64,000 bases of DNA from Antedon mediterranea (taxonomy: Eukaryota > Animalia > Echinodermata), in assembly GCF_964355755.1 (NCBI RefSeq), contig NC_092672.1:12896001-12960000 (forward strand), in the 5' to 3' direction. Below the pieces are notes generated by a model. The model saw only the letters and a program-made list of their open reading frames with translations. It made no database searches and was not told the origin of the DNA. A program made the position numbers and the translations under genes. Of the stretch, positions 23,612 to 35,811 are shown piece by piece; the first letter of the stretch is position 1; each line of letters starts with the position of its first letter.

Positions 23612-26600
23612 ATGCCTCGTTGTGTTGCTGCAAATTGCAGTAATAATCACTTCGATTCTGTAAGTTTCCATAAATTTCCAAAGGATGCGGAGATTCGTAA
23701 ACTTTGGACTGCCGCTGTTTCCCGCACAAGACTAAATTTTACCCCGTCGGACTACTCTGTACTGTGCAGCAGTCACTTTACTGAAGAGGATTTCGCGGTT
23801 CGCTTCAGCCTCTCAGTTGAATTGGGTGTTTCTGGGAGACACAGTAGAACATTAAAAAAGGGAGCTGTACCCTCAAAATTTCCAAAGCCTGCCACACCTG
23901 GAAATTTACCGCAACATCCAGCCAAGAAGAGGAGATCCGGGGCATACGAGAAGAGAGAACGAGCAAGGGTGAGTTGAGTTAATAAATTGAACAATTGAAT
24001 GAATTTATCCTGTATAATATTAATAATATTATTATTATTGTACCCCTCCTACTAGCTAGCTAGGCCTAGGCCCTAGCATATAGGCCTAGCCTAAGTATTA
24101 TTATATGTAGCCTAGTACTGCACCACCATACATGCCCTGTGGTAGTGGGTGAGGCTTTTAACATTTAACTATATACCTAGACCTAGCTAGGCGGCAAGAA
24201 TGGAATCGTTTGATGACAGCCTACTATGATACAGGGCTGAACACAGATCAGAGGTTATTGTATATAAAAGTAATACTGTAATTGTTGATAGAATTAAATA
24301 TGTGAATTTTATTTATCAAAACAATTTTTTGTTAGGTTGTAAAAGACATCTTAGTAGCATCTTCTTCTACTGCAACTAAACAATTTGTCGATGACAATGA
24401 TGTAGATATGATGAGTGATGAAATGACTCAAACAACAAGTGTTGCAGTTCAAACGGATGCATATGACGAGCACTGTGGTTGCTGTAGTGAGAAAGTAAGG
24501 AAGACGATGGAGTGTTCTTCATTCCAGTTTGTCCCTAAAATGGCAGACAAAGGTATTTTCTTTTATAACTAATCATTATTAATACTAACTATAATATGTT
24601 GTTCTCTCTTTTTCTCCTTTCAAACTACATGGATGCAGACTACGTTTATCATAGATTAGTAAATCTGCATTCAACTACGGGCACAAGCCATGTACACGGT
24701 ACATTTACCTGCTAATCATAAAGCAATAACAATGAACTAATAATGTGTCCATAGCAAATACCAATAGCGACCCACAAATGTACATATAATGTATCCACCA
24801 CAATTTTCTGTAAAATAAAATGGATTTATTTTTATTTATTATTATTCTTATCAAAAACAGGTATGCAAATATTTTCAGAAGAACACCCACACCCGAGTCA
24901 ATACACAGCACCGCAAATGTGTGAAGGAGCCACTAAGGGAAATCCTGAAAACGACAGCGATGACACTGAAGATAGTGATAGCGAGGAGGAAGAAGAGGAT
25001 GATGATGAAGAGGAGATTGACACCGATGATGTTAATGATCCTGATTACATCCCATTTGAAAGTGATTATGACATTGCTGAAGATGAAAACAAGTAACGTT
25101 TTCCTTTATATCTAAATAATATCCAAAACTCATAAATCGTCAAAGTCAAGATATAACAATTTTTTAGATTTTGTCTTAAGTGAAAATTGTCCGATCGGAC
25201 TCGAGTGTGTATGTCTACATACACTACGAATAAATCAAGTCACTAATTCGTCAACATATGTACTGTATGGTCCTCCCATCCTCTTATATATGGATGTGAA
25301 TTTATTCTGAATTTAAGGATCACTAAACTACACAAATCAGCAAATACAACAAATATCAATTCAAATCATTTTTTGTTTTACTGTGATCAATATACTAATC
25401 AGTCCCTTTTTTGTTTAGTTACATTGAAGATGATGTCTACAAAGGACGAAAGTTTATTGTTTTTGAGGAGCAGCTCCTCAAAGCGTTTAATGTTTGTCCT
25501 GTGTGCAGTGGTCCAACAGAAAGAAAGGTTTCTGCAGTAATTGGGACATTCTGCCGGATCCACCAGTTCTGCCCAACCTGCAATCATTCCAAGTACTGGG
25601 AGTCGCAACCATACATCGGAAATCTTCCAGCTGGGAATCTCCTACTTTCTGCTTCAATTCTGTTTGCAGGTTGCTGCATTTCTAAGATTTTGCAAATGTT
25701 TAAACACATGCGGTGTGCAGCAATTACCAGAAGAACCTTTTTTGTGCACCAAAAAACATTCTTGTTACCTGCTGTACACACTCTTTGGTCTGAAGAAAGA
25801 AAACTGAGGATCTCAGAGCTGGAGGGAGATGTAATCCTTGGTGGTGATGGACGAGCAGACTCACCTGGACATTCCGCCAAGTACGGCTGTTATACTTTAA
25901 TGAATTTAAGAAGCGGAAAAATTGTTCATGTGGAGGTTGTACAGGTAAAAAAACATTTTTAAGTTTTGTTCTTATAATTATCTGGCACTACACTGTATTT
26001 GGCAGCTTCACACATTTCCTTGGCCAAATGTAAATGTTCCATTTGAAAGGTGGCAACAAATAATTGTTATTTTGATGTATTATTTTTTTTATAGTCGAAT
26101 GAAGTTGGAAGTGCACCAAAAATGGAGAAAGAGGGACTGATTCGGTCTGTAAACAAATTGAAAGATGATGGTGTAAAAGTTGATGTGCTGGTGACGGACA
26201 GACATGCGAGCATTAAGAAGTGGGTCCGTGAAAATATGGAAGACACCAAACACAAGTTTGACATTTGGCACATGGCAAAGGGTAAGAACTATATATAACC
26301 TACATAGATTCCAGGCATCTGCTTGGTTAAGAGCCAGTCAATATTTTCAACCATGCCTGGTCAATAGTACTTGTTCTCCCTCGCACTTCATATTTGTCAA
26401 AGGTCAGTAATTCTGATGTGACGCAGGTAGTGGATCTAGTATGTATGAACCGGTGTAAAACTATAATGTAGGTGATTGATTTGACCATTGCTTTAAATTT
26501 CAGCAATAAAGAAGAAATTGTTAAAAGCTGCAGCCCAGCGATCTTGCTCAGATCTGAAGCCATGGATATCAAGCATCGTGAAGCACCTGTATTGGTGTGC

Positions 26601-27924
26601 AACATCGAACGACACTGGGAATGGGGATGTGACATTGGCCAAGTGGTTGTCTGTCAGTCGTCACATACGCAACATCCACATAGGACACGATGATTTGTTT
26701 CCCAGATGCTTACATAAACATATGAGAAGAGCATGGCTAGCCGAAGGTATGTAATGACGGTTCCTGTTATAGGAAATGTGTTGTAATAGTCAGTTGAAAT
26801 TCGGATTAGATCCTTTTTGGGTCCACGGCAGCCATGATGCAGCGCCCACCATGACCAGTACACCGGGGTAACCCCCCTAATTTACTGGGTTCTTTAAAGT
26901 ACATGATCTGATGTGTACACTGGGACTACGGTTTAACCATCGAAAACAATGGACGAGGAGAAACTTAAACACATGCCAATGTTATGGCTGTGGTTACGGT
27001 GCCCCCACCTCAACCGCTCGGCCACTTGACTCGCCACGTTCTTGTAAAAACCTTTCACTGATTTACACTTGATAATTGCAGGCAGCACAGCAGCAAATAC
27101 CTTGATTGAAATTGTTGAGAACCGGCGACACACAAATGACATCAAGATGCTAAGTGAGACATACCAAACGTCTAAATTGGAGGCGTTCCATTCGCTTCTC
27201 AACCAGATTGCTCCCAAGTTACACAACTACTGTTTCAATGTGCAACTATGCCGGTAAGTTTCTGTTTTGGGCAGAATAGAATTTCTCGGCTCAGTTAAAT
27301 ATGTACAAAAAATGCAGAAGCATTATGAATTAAGCATGTTCGTCCAGTGCTTATTATTTTCCACAAGTCAGTGAGAGTGTTAGTGTATTGTTCCGATTTC
27401 TCTTAGATCTAGCTCTCAAACTAAAATTTTGATCATTATGGAAGCAAGTCCTCAGATTTTATTGGGCGTTCATTGTTTTTGGCATTATAATTGGCCAATA
27501 AAATAATAATTCATTTATAAGACATTTGTATTCACAGAACATATATCGCTGCTCTCCATTACAATGAAAATGGTGGACGTGACCAGGCAGAAACAGCCGA
27601 TGGTGAAAAGCAATATGCAATCAAGTTTCCAAAATTTAAGAAGGGTGGTTCGGTTGTGAGACCGATATTGGTAGCGGCAACATACAGTAAGTAATAGTGT
27701 ATATAGTTCAACAAATTAATTTAACATGTGCTGGATGACTTATTTAAATCCCCTTTTTTTCAGCCTATGTTGACAGACTCTTCGATACTGTTCTGGAACA
27801 AATAAATTCAGGAATTAAGCCAGTAGAGATGACATCACCACCACCTTTATGCAGCAATTTCCACCACCCCGACAAGGCAGAAGCAATTGAACAACACAAG
27901 ACTAGATTTAATGTACACAATTGA
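23612..27924 (+). CDS. Kolobok transposase (THAP domain, acidic linker, CxxC-CxxC finger, DDE core), 9 exons, open throughout
   Basis: Exons 23612-23968, 24336-24552, 24861-25092, 25419-25944, 26095-26281, 26504-26746, 27082-27253, 27538-27686 and 27764-27924 join in phase at GT-AG sites without a stop. THAP MPRCVAANC...CSSHF...AVP, then GDGRADSPGHSAKY, VTDRH, FDIWH, LEAFHS and AALHYNEN. Confidence 0.9.
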
Positions 27925-27952
27925 AAAATTTAATAATGCCATACTCCTATTC

Positions 27953-29236
27953 CTAAATATTTGGATATTTGAACCCAACATATGTCTCTGACTGGAAATG
28001 ATTTCTAATAGTTTTAACTACGCAGGCTGGCAGTATCGTGCGGTTGCCTCTACCCAAATATCCATGCGTCCATCGAACAAAATTCTTGTAACTTGCATGT
28101 CTGTATTTTCTATAACAGAAGAAAATGTTTTTTTTAATAAAATTTATCTTACTGTTAAAATAAATTCATGTTGTTTAAAAAAATATTTTGAGAATTTTTC
28201 TTTGGAGTTGAACAGTACTTGGTTTACTCCGAAGAATACATACATAAATCATTGATAATTTATATTCTTTTGGTTGTACTCACTCATTTATTGACTTGTT
28301 ACGATGTCGTCTCCCTCTCCCAATTGAAAGTTGCAAAGTCCAGACATTCAGGCATACTGGATCAAATCCTGGATGTTCAGTTATACATGTAACGGGTCCT
28401 GTCACCTCTTGGTCTCTTTCTAGAGTCTCTCTGATTGCTATTATTTCGGTACAGCATAAACACTCGTCAAATGATGCCATATGTGAACATCTCTGACATT
28501 TACACCTATTACAGTATAAATATATGACATAAAGTTGGAACACAGTTGCCTACACATTGTACAAGAAGTGCCAATTGATTAAAGAAATGGCGATGAAGGA
28601 CATAATATTATTTATACGCCTTTTCATGAATGTTCCTCAGCCATCAAGCAATTGAGTTATTAATTATAGTATAAATAACTCAACGCACAAACAATGGCAA
28701 CACACTTCTAAACAACCTAGCCTATAAATATGTTTAGTTTTGACAGATCCAGTAAATATTAGCCATCAGTATCAGTCGATTAACTATGTCTATTAATTAG
28801 TATTTAAAACGGTAGCAATTAATTAGGGGAAATGGATTCCGTTGACAATGTCATAGCAGTAGCTAGGCTAGGGCTCCCTATTATGGATTTCGCCGGATGC
28901 AGTTAGACCGCCGACGATCGTTGACGACCAGTATTATTTAATTACTTAATTAAACACGGTTGTTGAAGACGTCATTTTGGAGTAAATTAAACACAAATGA
29001 ACGGAGAAAGATAATTTAATTATCAGAATTAAATATTATTTAAACTTTAAGGATTATTTTAGGAACGTAGGAAAGGAACAAAAATCAAAACAAAAGATCG
29101 TAAAAAAATAAACAACTTACCAATCCATGTTAATTAGGCGATTTTGTTGTTCTTGAACAACTTGTTGAACTTCTACATCATCTTCTTCATTGTGTGCTGG
29201 CATGGGCTCATTTGTATATGGCTCAAAACGATTCAT
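27953..29236 (-). CDS. KolX accessory protein, resembling the P2X7 C-terminal Cys-rich ballast domain, 3 exons
   Basis: Exons 29236-29121, 28505-28284 and 28109-27953 splice in phase: MNRFEPY...WCKCQRC.HM...ECLCCTE...CITEHPGFDPVCLN...YRHASYKNFVRWTHGYLGRGNRTILPACVVKTIRNHF..ETYVGFK. Confidence 0.88.
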
Positions 29237-29342
29237 TTTTTTATTTAAAACGGAATATTGAGAGTAAAAATAAGAAATGAAGTATCTGTTTGTCAAGTGT
29301 TTTGCCTTGGGCTGCATAGCAGGAGGAGGCATCAGCGTGTGG

Positions 29343-29410
29343 CATGTTTCTTCTCTGACGTCACAGTGATTGACATTCCAGTCGGCCAGTTTCTAGGGGG
29401 CGGGGCTTAG
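29343..29410 (-). promoter_or_regulatory. Mirror GC-box plus CRE cassette upstream of KolX
   Basis: The minus strand reads CTAAGCCCCGCCCCCT, 31 nt spacer, then TGACGTCA-GAG-AAGAAACA. Confidence 0.6.
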
Positions 29411-30466
29411 CTCATTTTGGTAAGTCGTCATATTTTCGGTATAGATAATGATTTTTAATTTTTTTTTTTTTTGGATCAGGCATATAATGTGTTACTATTT
29501 CAGAAAAATTAGTTAAAAATGCATACTTCGTTGGCTCTTTAACAGATTCTGACACTTCATTTGAAGTTCCGCCGCCAGAAAATGAGAACCCACTGCTTGA
29601 TGGCTCGCTCGATGAAGGTCCCGCAAAAAAAAAATAAAACTTAAAAGTACAGAGCGTAAGACTGAAGCAAAACATGATGGTAATTATGTTGTATTTTAAT
29701 TTGTTTAAAAATTGGCTGAACATCCCCTAATTTCATAGCATGATTTTACTGTGATCTATGTTGTATTGTTTTTATTAGGGTCAGTTTTTAGAAAGAGAAG
29801 AGGAAAGAAATCCCAAATGGAAGATGCCCTTGATAAGTCAATTTCCAAACTGATTTGACTATCAACAAACGCAGAACAATCAAACAACAAATACTCTAAT
29901 GGAAATGGAAAGGGAACGCCTCCAATGGAAGAAGAGTTTAGAAGAAGAAAGAAAACAAAATGAAGCAATGAGAGAAGAAAGGGAGGAAAGGCGCAGGCAA
30001 GAAAACAATCAATTCCTGTTGCAGTTGGCAGGTATTCTTGGTAATGCAATGCAAAATTTTGGCAGCAATTCTGGCGGCAATATTGGCGGCAACCACTTTC
30101 CTCCAAACAATTATGCCCCAAATAATTATGGACCAAACAATGAAACACCACCTACATTTTGGCAAGATCCTTGAAACATGTAAAGTTTAACAAATGTTGT
30201 TACCATTACTACCATTAATTCAAACAAAGTTCCTTAATATTTAAACAGTTCCCTAACCAATATATTTTGTAGTGCAAAAACACCTTGTAAAGTTTACTTG
30301 TAAATAAAATGAAATCCAACTATAACAAATTCTCAATATTAAGTCAAATTGTTCATATGTGTTTGTGTTTAAAAACAACTATTGGTGCTAATACATTTTA
30401 TTTGTATTTTAATTTTTTACATTTTCACATTTATTGTACATTTACTACAGTATTTAATCATCTCAG

Positions 30467-30720
30467 CTTGATTGTGATTACAAGAAGACTATTGCTCAGG
30501 GCTCATTTGGAGAAGTGTTCAAGGGAATGTACCAATATGAGCATGTTGCTGTAAAGAAAGTGAAGTTGAGAAAAGGCAAGCGTTCGAAGAAGCAAATTAT
30601 AAGCGAGGCTCAAATACAACAACAACAACACACAAGAATATTGTAAAGTTTATCGGCATTTAATTGCCTGGACCATCTTTTTTTTCTATCATTACTGAAT
30701 TCATCTATGGGCAAAACATC
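30467..30720 (+). pseudogene. Protein kinase N-lobe fragment (TKL-like)
   Basis: IAQGSFGEVFKGMYQYEHVAVKKV...EAQI (frameshift) HKNIVKFIG...IITEFI. Confidence 0.8.
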
Positions 30721-32567
30721 TACAATACGGAGGATCAACACTTTACAGGAAAGGGGCAGCAACTGGTGTTGCAGGAGTGTCGTATTTACACAAGCATAGT
30801 CCTCAGATAATCCACCAGGTGTTTCAATGTGGTAAAGCCGTATTAACATTAGTTTCAATGAAAAACATCGAAAAGAAGCGCCATCCGGCTATCTATTATT
30901 AATAATTATCATTCCATATTTTGATATTCCCGCTTCTCTCTCTCGGATCTCAACTGTCAACCACCGAATACCAACTTTCAAGTTTCAATTTGTCTTTTTT
31001 TTAAATTCAATTGTTTTAATTATTTGGATTAATGACAATCCCATAACTGGGACCATTTTTAATTCCAAATCAATAATCGAGCCAAAAGAAATAATACCCA
31101 AAGTGGGTAATTATGTCACAGTGAGATTTCCAGGATTTGGTAGACAGAGGGGGATTGTAGGAAAAATCGGAGGTAGGATCAACTAGTAGTAGGCTATACC
31201 AATAGGCCATAGCGACCATTATATTATTTGGTTTGAGTAAATAGTTTTTAATTATTTGACAAAAAACAAGTAAAATAAGCTAGGCTTTTATCAATATCAG
31301 TATCATATTTAATCAATAATAACAGGCCTAATAATATCTACAGGCCTATCATATTACTAGTCTATATTACAGTGCAGCTACTCCAGAGAGTAGTAAACTA
31401 TGCCTATTTAGGCCAGCCTATTTCGTATTTAGGCCTATACAGTTTCAGAATAATGCAGAATGCATTCCTGTACATCTCTGTAAATATAGCTGGCCCTAAT
31501 ATAAACAATGGTTTGCTTAAAGGAGATGAGTTTCTAACACTAGTTGACACTGTCTGTAAATTAAAAAAGGTAAAAAAAAAAGAATTGAAACTGAAAGTGA
31601 GACTTTATAGGCTAGAGGCCAAGGTCGTATGTAGGATATATTTTGAATAAACTCAACTGCTGTAATTTATTACCATGTATTCATATACATCAAATTATTC
31701 CAAAACAGATAACAAAACAGGATACGAAAAGATACATCGTTATTGAATTCTGCTTGATTAAATAATTATTGATGCAATTATTGTTTACTGTATGTGTATA
31801 ATTTATACTTATTATAATATAGGAAAAAAAAAGGAAAAGGTGATCCTGCCTCCGCCACCACCACCTGCTGTGAACAATAAAATACAGAGCGACATATGTG
31901 AAATGATAATTTAATATTCTTATTTAAAAATCTGTAATGTTGTGTAAGGTTGGACTATAATAAGCGGCGCGTAAACCAACCACCTACTAACAGCATTAAT
32001 CATAGGCACACCAGAGTCATCTTAGTTTCTTATTCCAATCAAATTAACTCGCTTAAAATATATTATTAGCCATGCCCAGTACCAGCCCAGGGCGAATTTC
32101 AAATTTAAAAAAACCTTCTCAGTACAATTCCAATCTTTGATACATCATTACCCGAGAAGGCACATATAATTATAACTTCCAATAGATTTATGAGATCTAC
32201 ACAAATAAAGCGGCAACCCTTGCCCTCTTACCACCACGGTCACCACCAGCAGCAGCAGCCGCCGTATGGAAAGAAATTTTCGAAATGGTAATAATGGGGT
32301 TTAAACAAAATTATTTTAATTTATTGTTTAAAGTAAAGTGTTATGTTTGTTGTTATGAAGTTAAAGGAATTACAAGCGAGCCAACAATCAATAAAGGAAC
32401 AATTGGATGGATTTGCTACATGCAAATCCTGTGTAACTCTGCCATGGTTTATCATGTTTTCCTTGTTATATTTTTGCTATAGTGTGGTAGAATAATCTTT
32501 TAATCCTTTCTTTGTTGTTAAGACCAAGACTATGTGGTATGCATGGGAGCTTTCTGTTTTTTCTATA

Positions 32568-34359
32568 GGCCCGTTCATATCGAACTTAGGGCGAGATAAA
32601 TTTACTAGATTAACGAGATGATGTCGCCATAACTTCGATGTGAACGAATTATTAGGGCGAGATGAAGGAATTTCCTCAACTACGGTCAGTCAAGGCCATC
32701 GCCTCGACGGAATAGTAAATCCACTGGTAAAGCTAGAAAACGATTAAGGTAATTAACACAGCATGAGGCATTCAGAATTGGAGGTCACCAATACACCAAT
32801 CAGATTAAAGCAAATTTCAACTTTGACATATAAACATCAACTTAGCGCTTTATTTCTGAACCACATGTTAACCGAGAGCGACGATCTGTCATATTACTAT
32901 TTTAAAACTTATTTCAATACATCTGTACGTACCGCATTCATCATGTCCGAAAAATTAAAAGCGAAGACAAAAAAGAGGTTTTGTTGGACGTACACTCAAG
33001 AGTTAGACCTCATAGATATCTGGAGAGGGCCAGATTTCAATGAAAAAACTGAGGACAAGCTGTTCCGACAGAAGGCGGCCGTCTACGAAAAAATGGCCGA
33101 ACGGTCAGAGCATAAATCTGTCCGGGATATTTTTATTAGGGGTACGGGGAAGGGGGCAAGTAATGTGGCAAGGGACGATCCCAAGTCTGCGTGCCCTCAT
33201 TATCATTCACTGAACGAAATTCTCGGAGGAAAACATTCAGTGAATCCACCTCCTGGAATGTTGGGCCAGTCCTCCGTACCACCACGTCCACGATCCTCGG
33301 CGTCTACTAGTAGTAGTACTACCTCCAGGAATAGACCTACCAGTAGTAGCTCAGACAGACTCAGGCCTGATGAAGATGAAGGTAAATTTCTATTTATACT
33401 ATGCTATAACTTACTACTACACTCTAGGCCTAACATACTTATCTTTCAATAATTATTAACAATGAAAACTATACTAAAAAACACAATTTTCCTTTATAAC
33501 AAAATTTTGTTATTTACTGTATTTGATTGATAATATTATTGATTTTGTATATCAATAGAAGCCCTTGATCATTGTTGTTGTTGTTGTTGTCAGGGTGCTT
33601 TAAACAGTCCTGGCTTTGTTTGTATCAAACCTGTTAGTAGCGGTAATTATCGCTGTTGGTTTTGATTAAATAAAATATATTTTAAAAAATATATGTAACC
33701 CTCGTTATTATTTGCAGCCCTAAATATCAAATAGTTAGGACTATAATATACACAGTATATATTTTTCTTTGTTTAATTTAATAGGTTTTCCAATTTGTGT
33801 GGTGTGTGACAATGAGTGTGGGAGTCACACTTGCAAGGTATGCCACAAACCCACACACATTATAGAGCCATGCCTTGGAGAACAAGGATCAGAGGAAGGA
33901 TTCGGCTCAGCAGTAACATGCAAGAAGTGTGTTGAAAAAGCTGAAAGTAAGTTTTTCAAAAGATATATACAGTATCACAATTGCAATTTGTAAGTTTTTA
34001 AAGAAATGGTGTTATATTAAATCTATTTAATTCTTATTTTAGTCGCTCTGTGGCAAGATGATGATGACGATGAGTTGGAGAATGCATTTTTTAACTCATG
34101 TCAAGTACCACCTAAGAAAAGAAAAATATGGGGTAAATTTTAACTTTTGTCTTTAAACACCAGTGATTTAATAATTTGTATAAAGAGAAATTCAAAAAAA
34201 ATAATGAAAGTAAATCATGATTGTTCAGCTGAAATAACATTTAATATATGCATTCTTATTTCGCAGTGATAATTTTTAATATTTGATAAAATTAAATCTT
34301 TCATAGGATGATCTGCTGTCAGATGTGGCTTCAACAAGCAGCACTGCCACTTCAACTGA
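32568..34359 (+). mobile_element. Harbinger-like left end plus spliced Myb/SANT gene with a Cys/His-rich exon, truncated
   Basis: GGCCCGTTCATATCG terminus. RFCWTYTQELDLIDIWR...CPHYHSLNEILG, then an exon at 33785-33947 encoding CVVC..C..HTCKVC...H...C...EEGFGSAVTCKKC. Confidence 0.65.
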
Positions 34360-34945
34360 GGGTATATTCAGACTCACGGAGTTACGGTGGAGTTATGTAC
34401 GCGGCGTACATATTTTTGTGTCTGAACCATGCCGCGGATTAGCGTTAGGGAGCTGTTACTCCGCGCCAGTGGCGTTAATAACTCCAGCGGGAGAGGGTAG
34501 ATTTCATAAGGCTAATTTCCATTGATGCATCAGTGATTTCAACCTCCGGTCAACGTCAGCCAATGAAAAGACACGACCGCAATTAGCAGCAGTCTATTCG
34601 CGCGGTTTTTTTTAATAGCAAAACAATATAGCCTATTTCTCGAGCTAGCCTAGATCAACAGCAACATTCGAATTAAAATGAAACGTGTTACATGGAAAAG
34701 TACAGAAGTGTCTGATTTGATTTCATTATGGGGCAGCCCTGAATTTATAGACAAGATAGAAATTAGAAAGCTACTGTAGCGCCGGCAACAAGATGGCCGT
34801 TTTTAAAGAAATTGCATCTAAACTAATATAATATGGGATGAAATATTTTTAAAATTTTACAGCATACAGTACTATATATGAGCCTACTGTCCTAATGTCC
34901 ACAAGAAGCAGAAGACACCTTCACCTTATAATCAATCCGAAAGTG
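34360..34945 (+). mobile_element. Third Harbinger-like left end with a decayed Myb/SANT start
   Basis: GGGTATATTCAGAC terminus. ATG at 34678 gives MKRVTWKSTEVSDLISLWGSPEFIDKIE...VFKEIASKL. Confidence 0.6.
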
Positions 34946-35811
34946 AGTAGTTAGTATTATTTTGTAAATAAAGATACATTTAAAATCTACTCAGGCGAGT
35001 CTATTCTCACAATATACTAGAGATCGACATCTTTGATTACGAACAGTGCAGATTTTGTGACAAGTTACTTCATTAGATATTCTTAGAAAGAGGTATGTCA
35101 ATAAAAAAAAAGAAGAGATATTTTAGACCATAAAGAAACGGAAATTATGAAAGCTGTACAGTAGGTCTGTGTTTGTCACATGCAATTGCAGAATTCAGCA
35201 GGTTTCATATTGATAGTGCCTATATAAATTATTATTATTATAAAAAATAAAATAATAAATAAAAAAAACGTTAGTACATTAAAGTAGACCTTTAATCCAA
35301 CAACAAAATAAAGTTAAACTCAACATTTAATTTGAAAATGTATTATATTACCAGTATAATTCTGTTGAATTAAATTAATAATGAAGTTTGGGATACAATA
35401 GTAAAGAAATTAAATGACAAAATTAGAGGGATAAGAAATAATAAATACAAGTCCTTCTAATCAAAACCAGTTTAGATTTCTGTTACTTTACAAGGAACTC
35501 TTTGTGGGTTAGGATCGGTATAACATTTTGAGATTTTTAGTTATGATGTTCGTTGAAAAACCAGGAACGTGACAGGATCCTCCGATTGGGAGTGCATGTC
35601 AATTAATCATCTGCAGTCATGACAGAAAGTTAGTTTTTTGGATGATATTTAAATCTACTGTAAGAGATCTACAATATCTTCGAATTTGAAATTCTATAGT
35701 CAGTATCTAATTTAACATTTTGTGCATGGTAATATATAGTATATTAAGACACAAGACTATTTTCAGTACTACTGTATTTCACTATAAACTACATCTGCAT
35801 ATTGAATACAA

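Larger units (their letters stand above)
23259..29538 (+). mobile_element. Full-length Kolobok DNA transposon
   Basis: TTAA at 23255-23258 and 29539-29542, AG...CT termini, imperfect short TIR (AGGGCAAATGCA vs AGAGCCAACGAA), subterminal inverted motifs, and two convergent genes (transposase and KolX). Confidence 0.9.
21747..30174 (+). mobile_element. Harbinger/PIF-like element: left end plus spliced Myb/SANT accessory pseudogene, interrupted by the Kolobok
   Basis: TAA|GCCTCATTCGCACT terminus. Exons at ~22675-22847 (WESVRDRIEYLKKKYRAAKK..SGRGRTTSPFYNEIDEILG), 22963-23145, 29546-29679 and 29779-30174 (coiled coil EEERK..RRRQENNQFLLQLA). Frameshifts present. Confidence 0.7.

Noticed and set aside
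23612-23977. Stand-alone host THAP transcription factor
   Set aside because: It splices in frame into a DDE transposase.
27953-29236. P2RX7 receptor gene
   Set aside because: Only the ballast-like domain is present, with no transmembrane or ectodomain exons, and it lies inside TTAA-bounded transposon ends.
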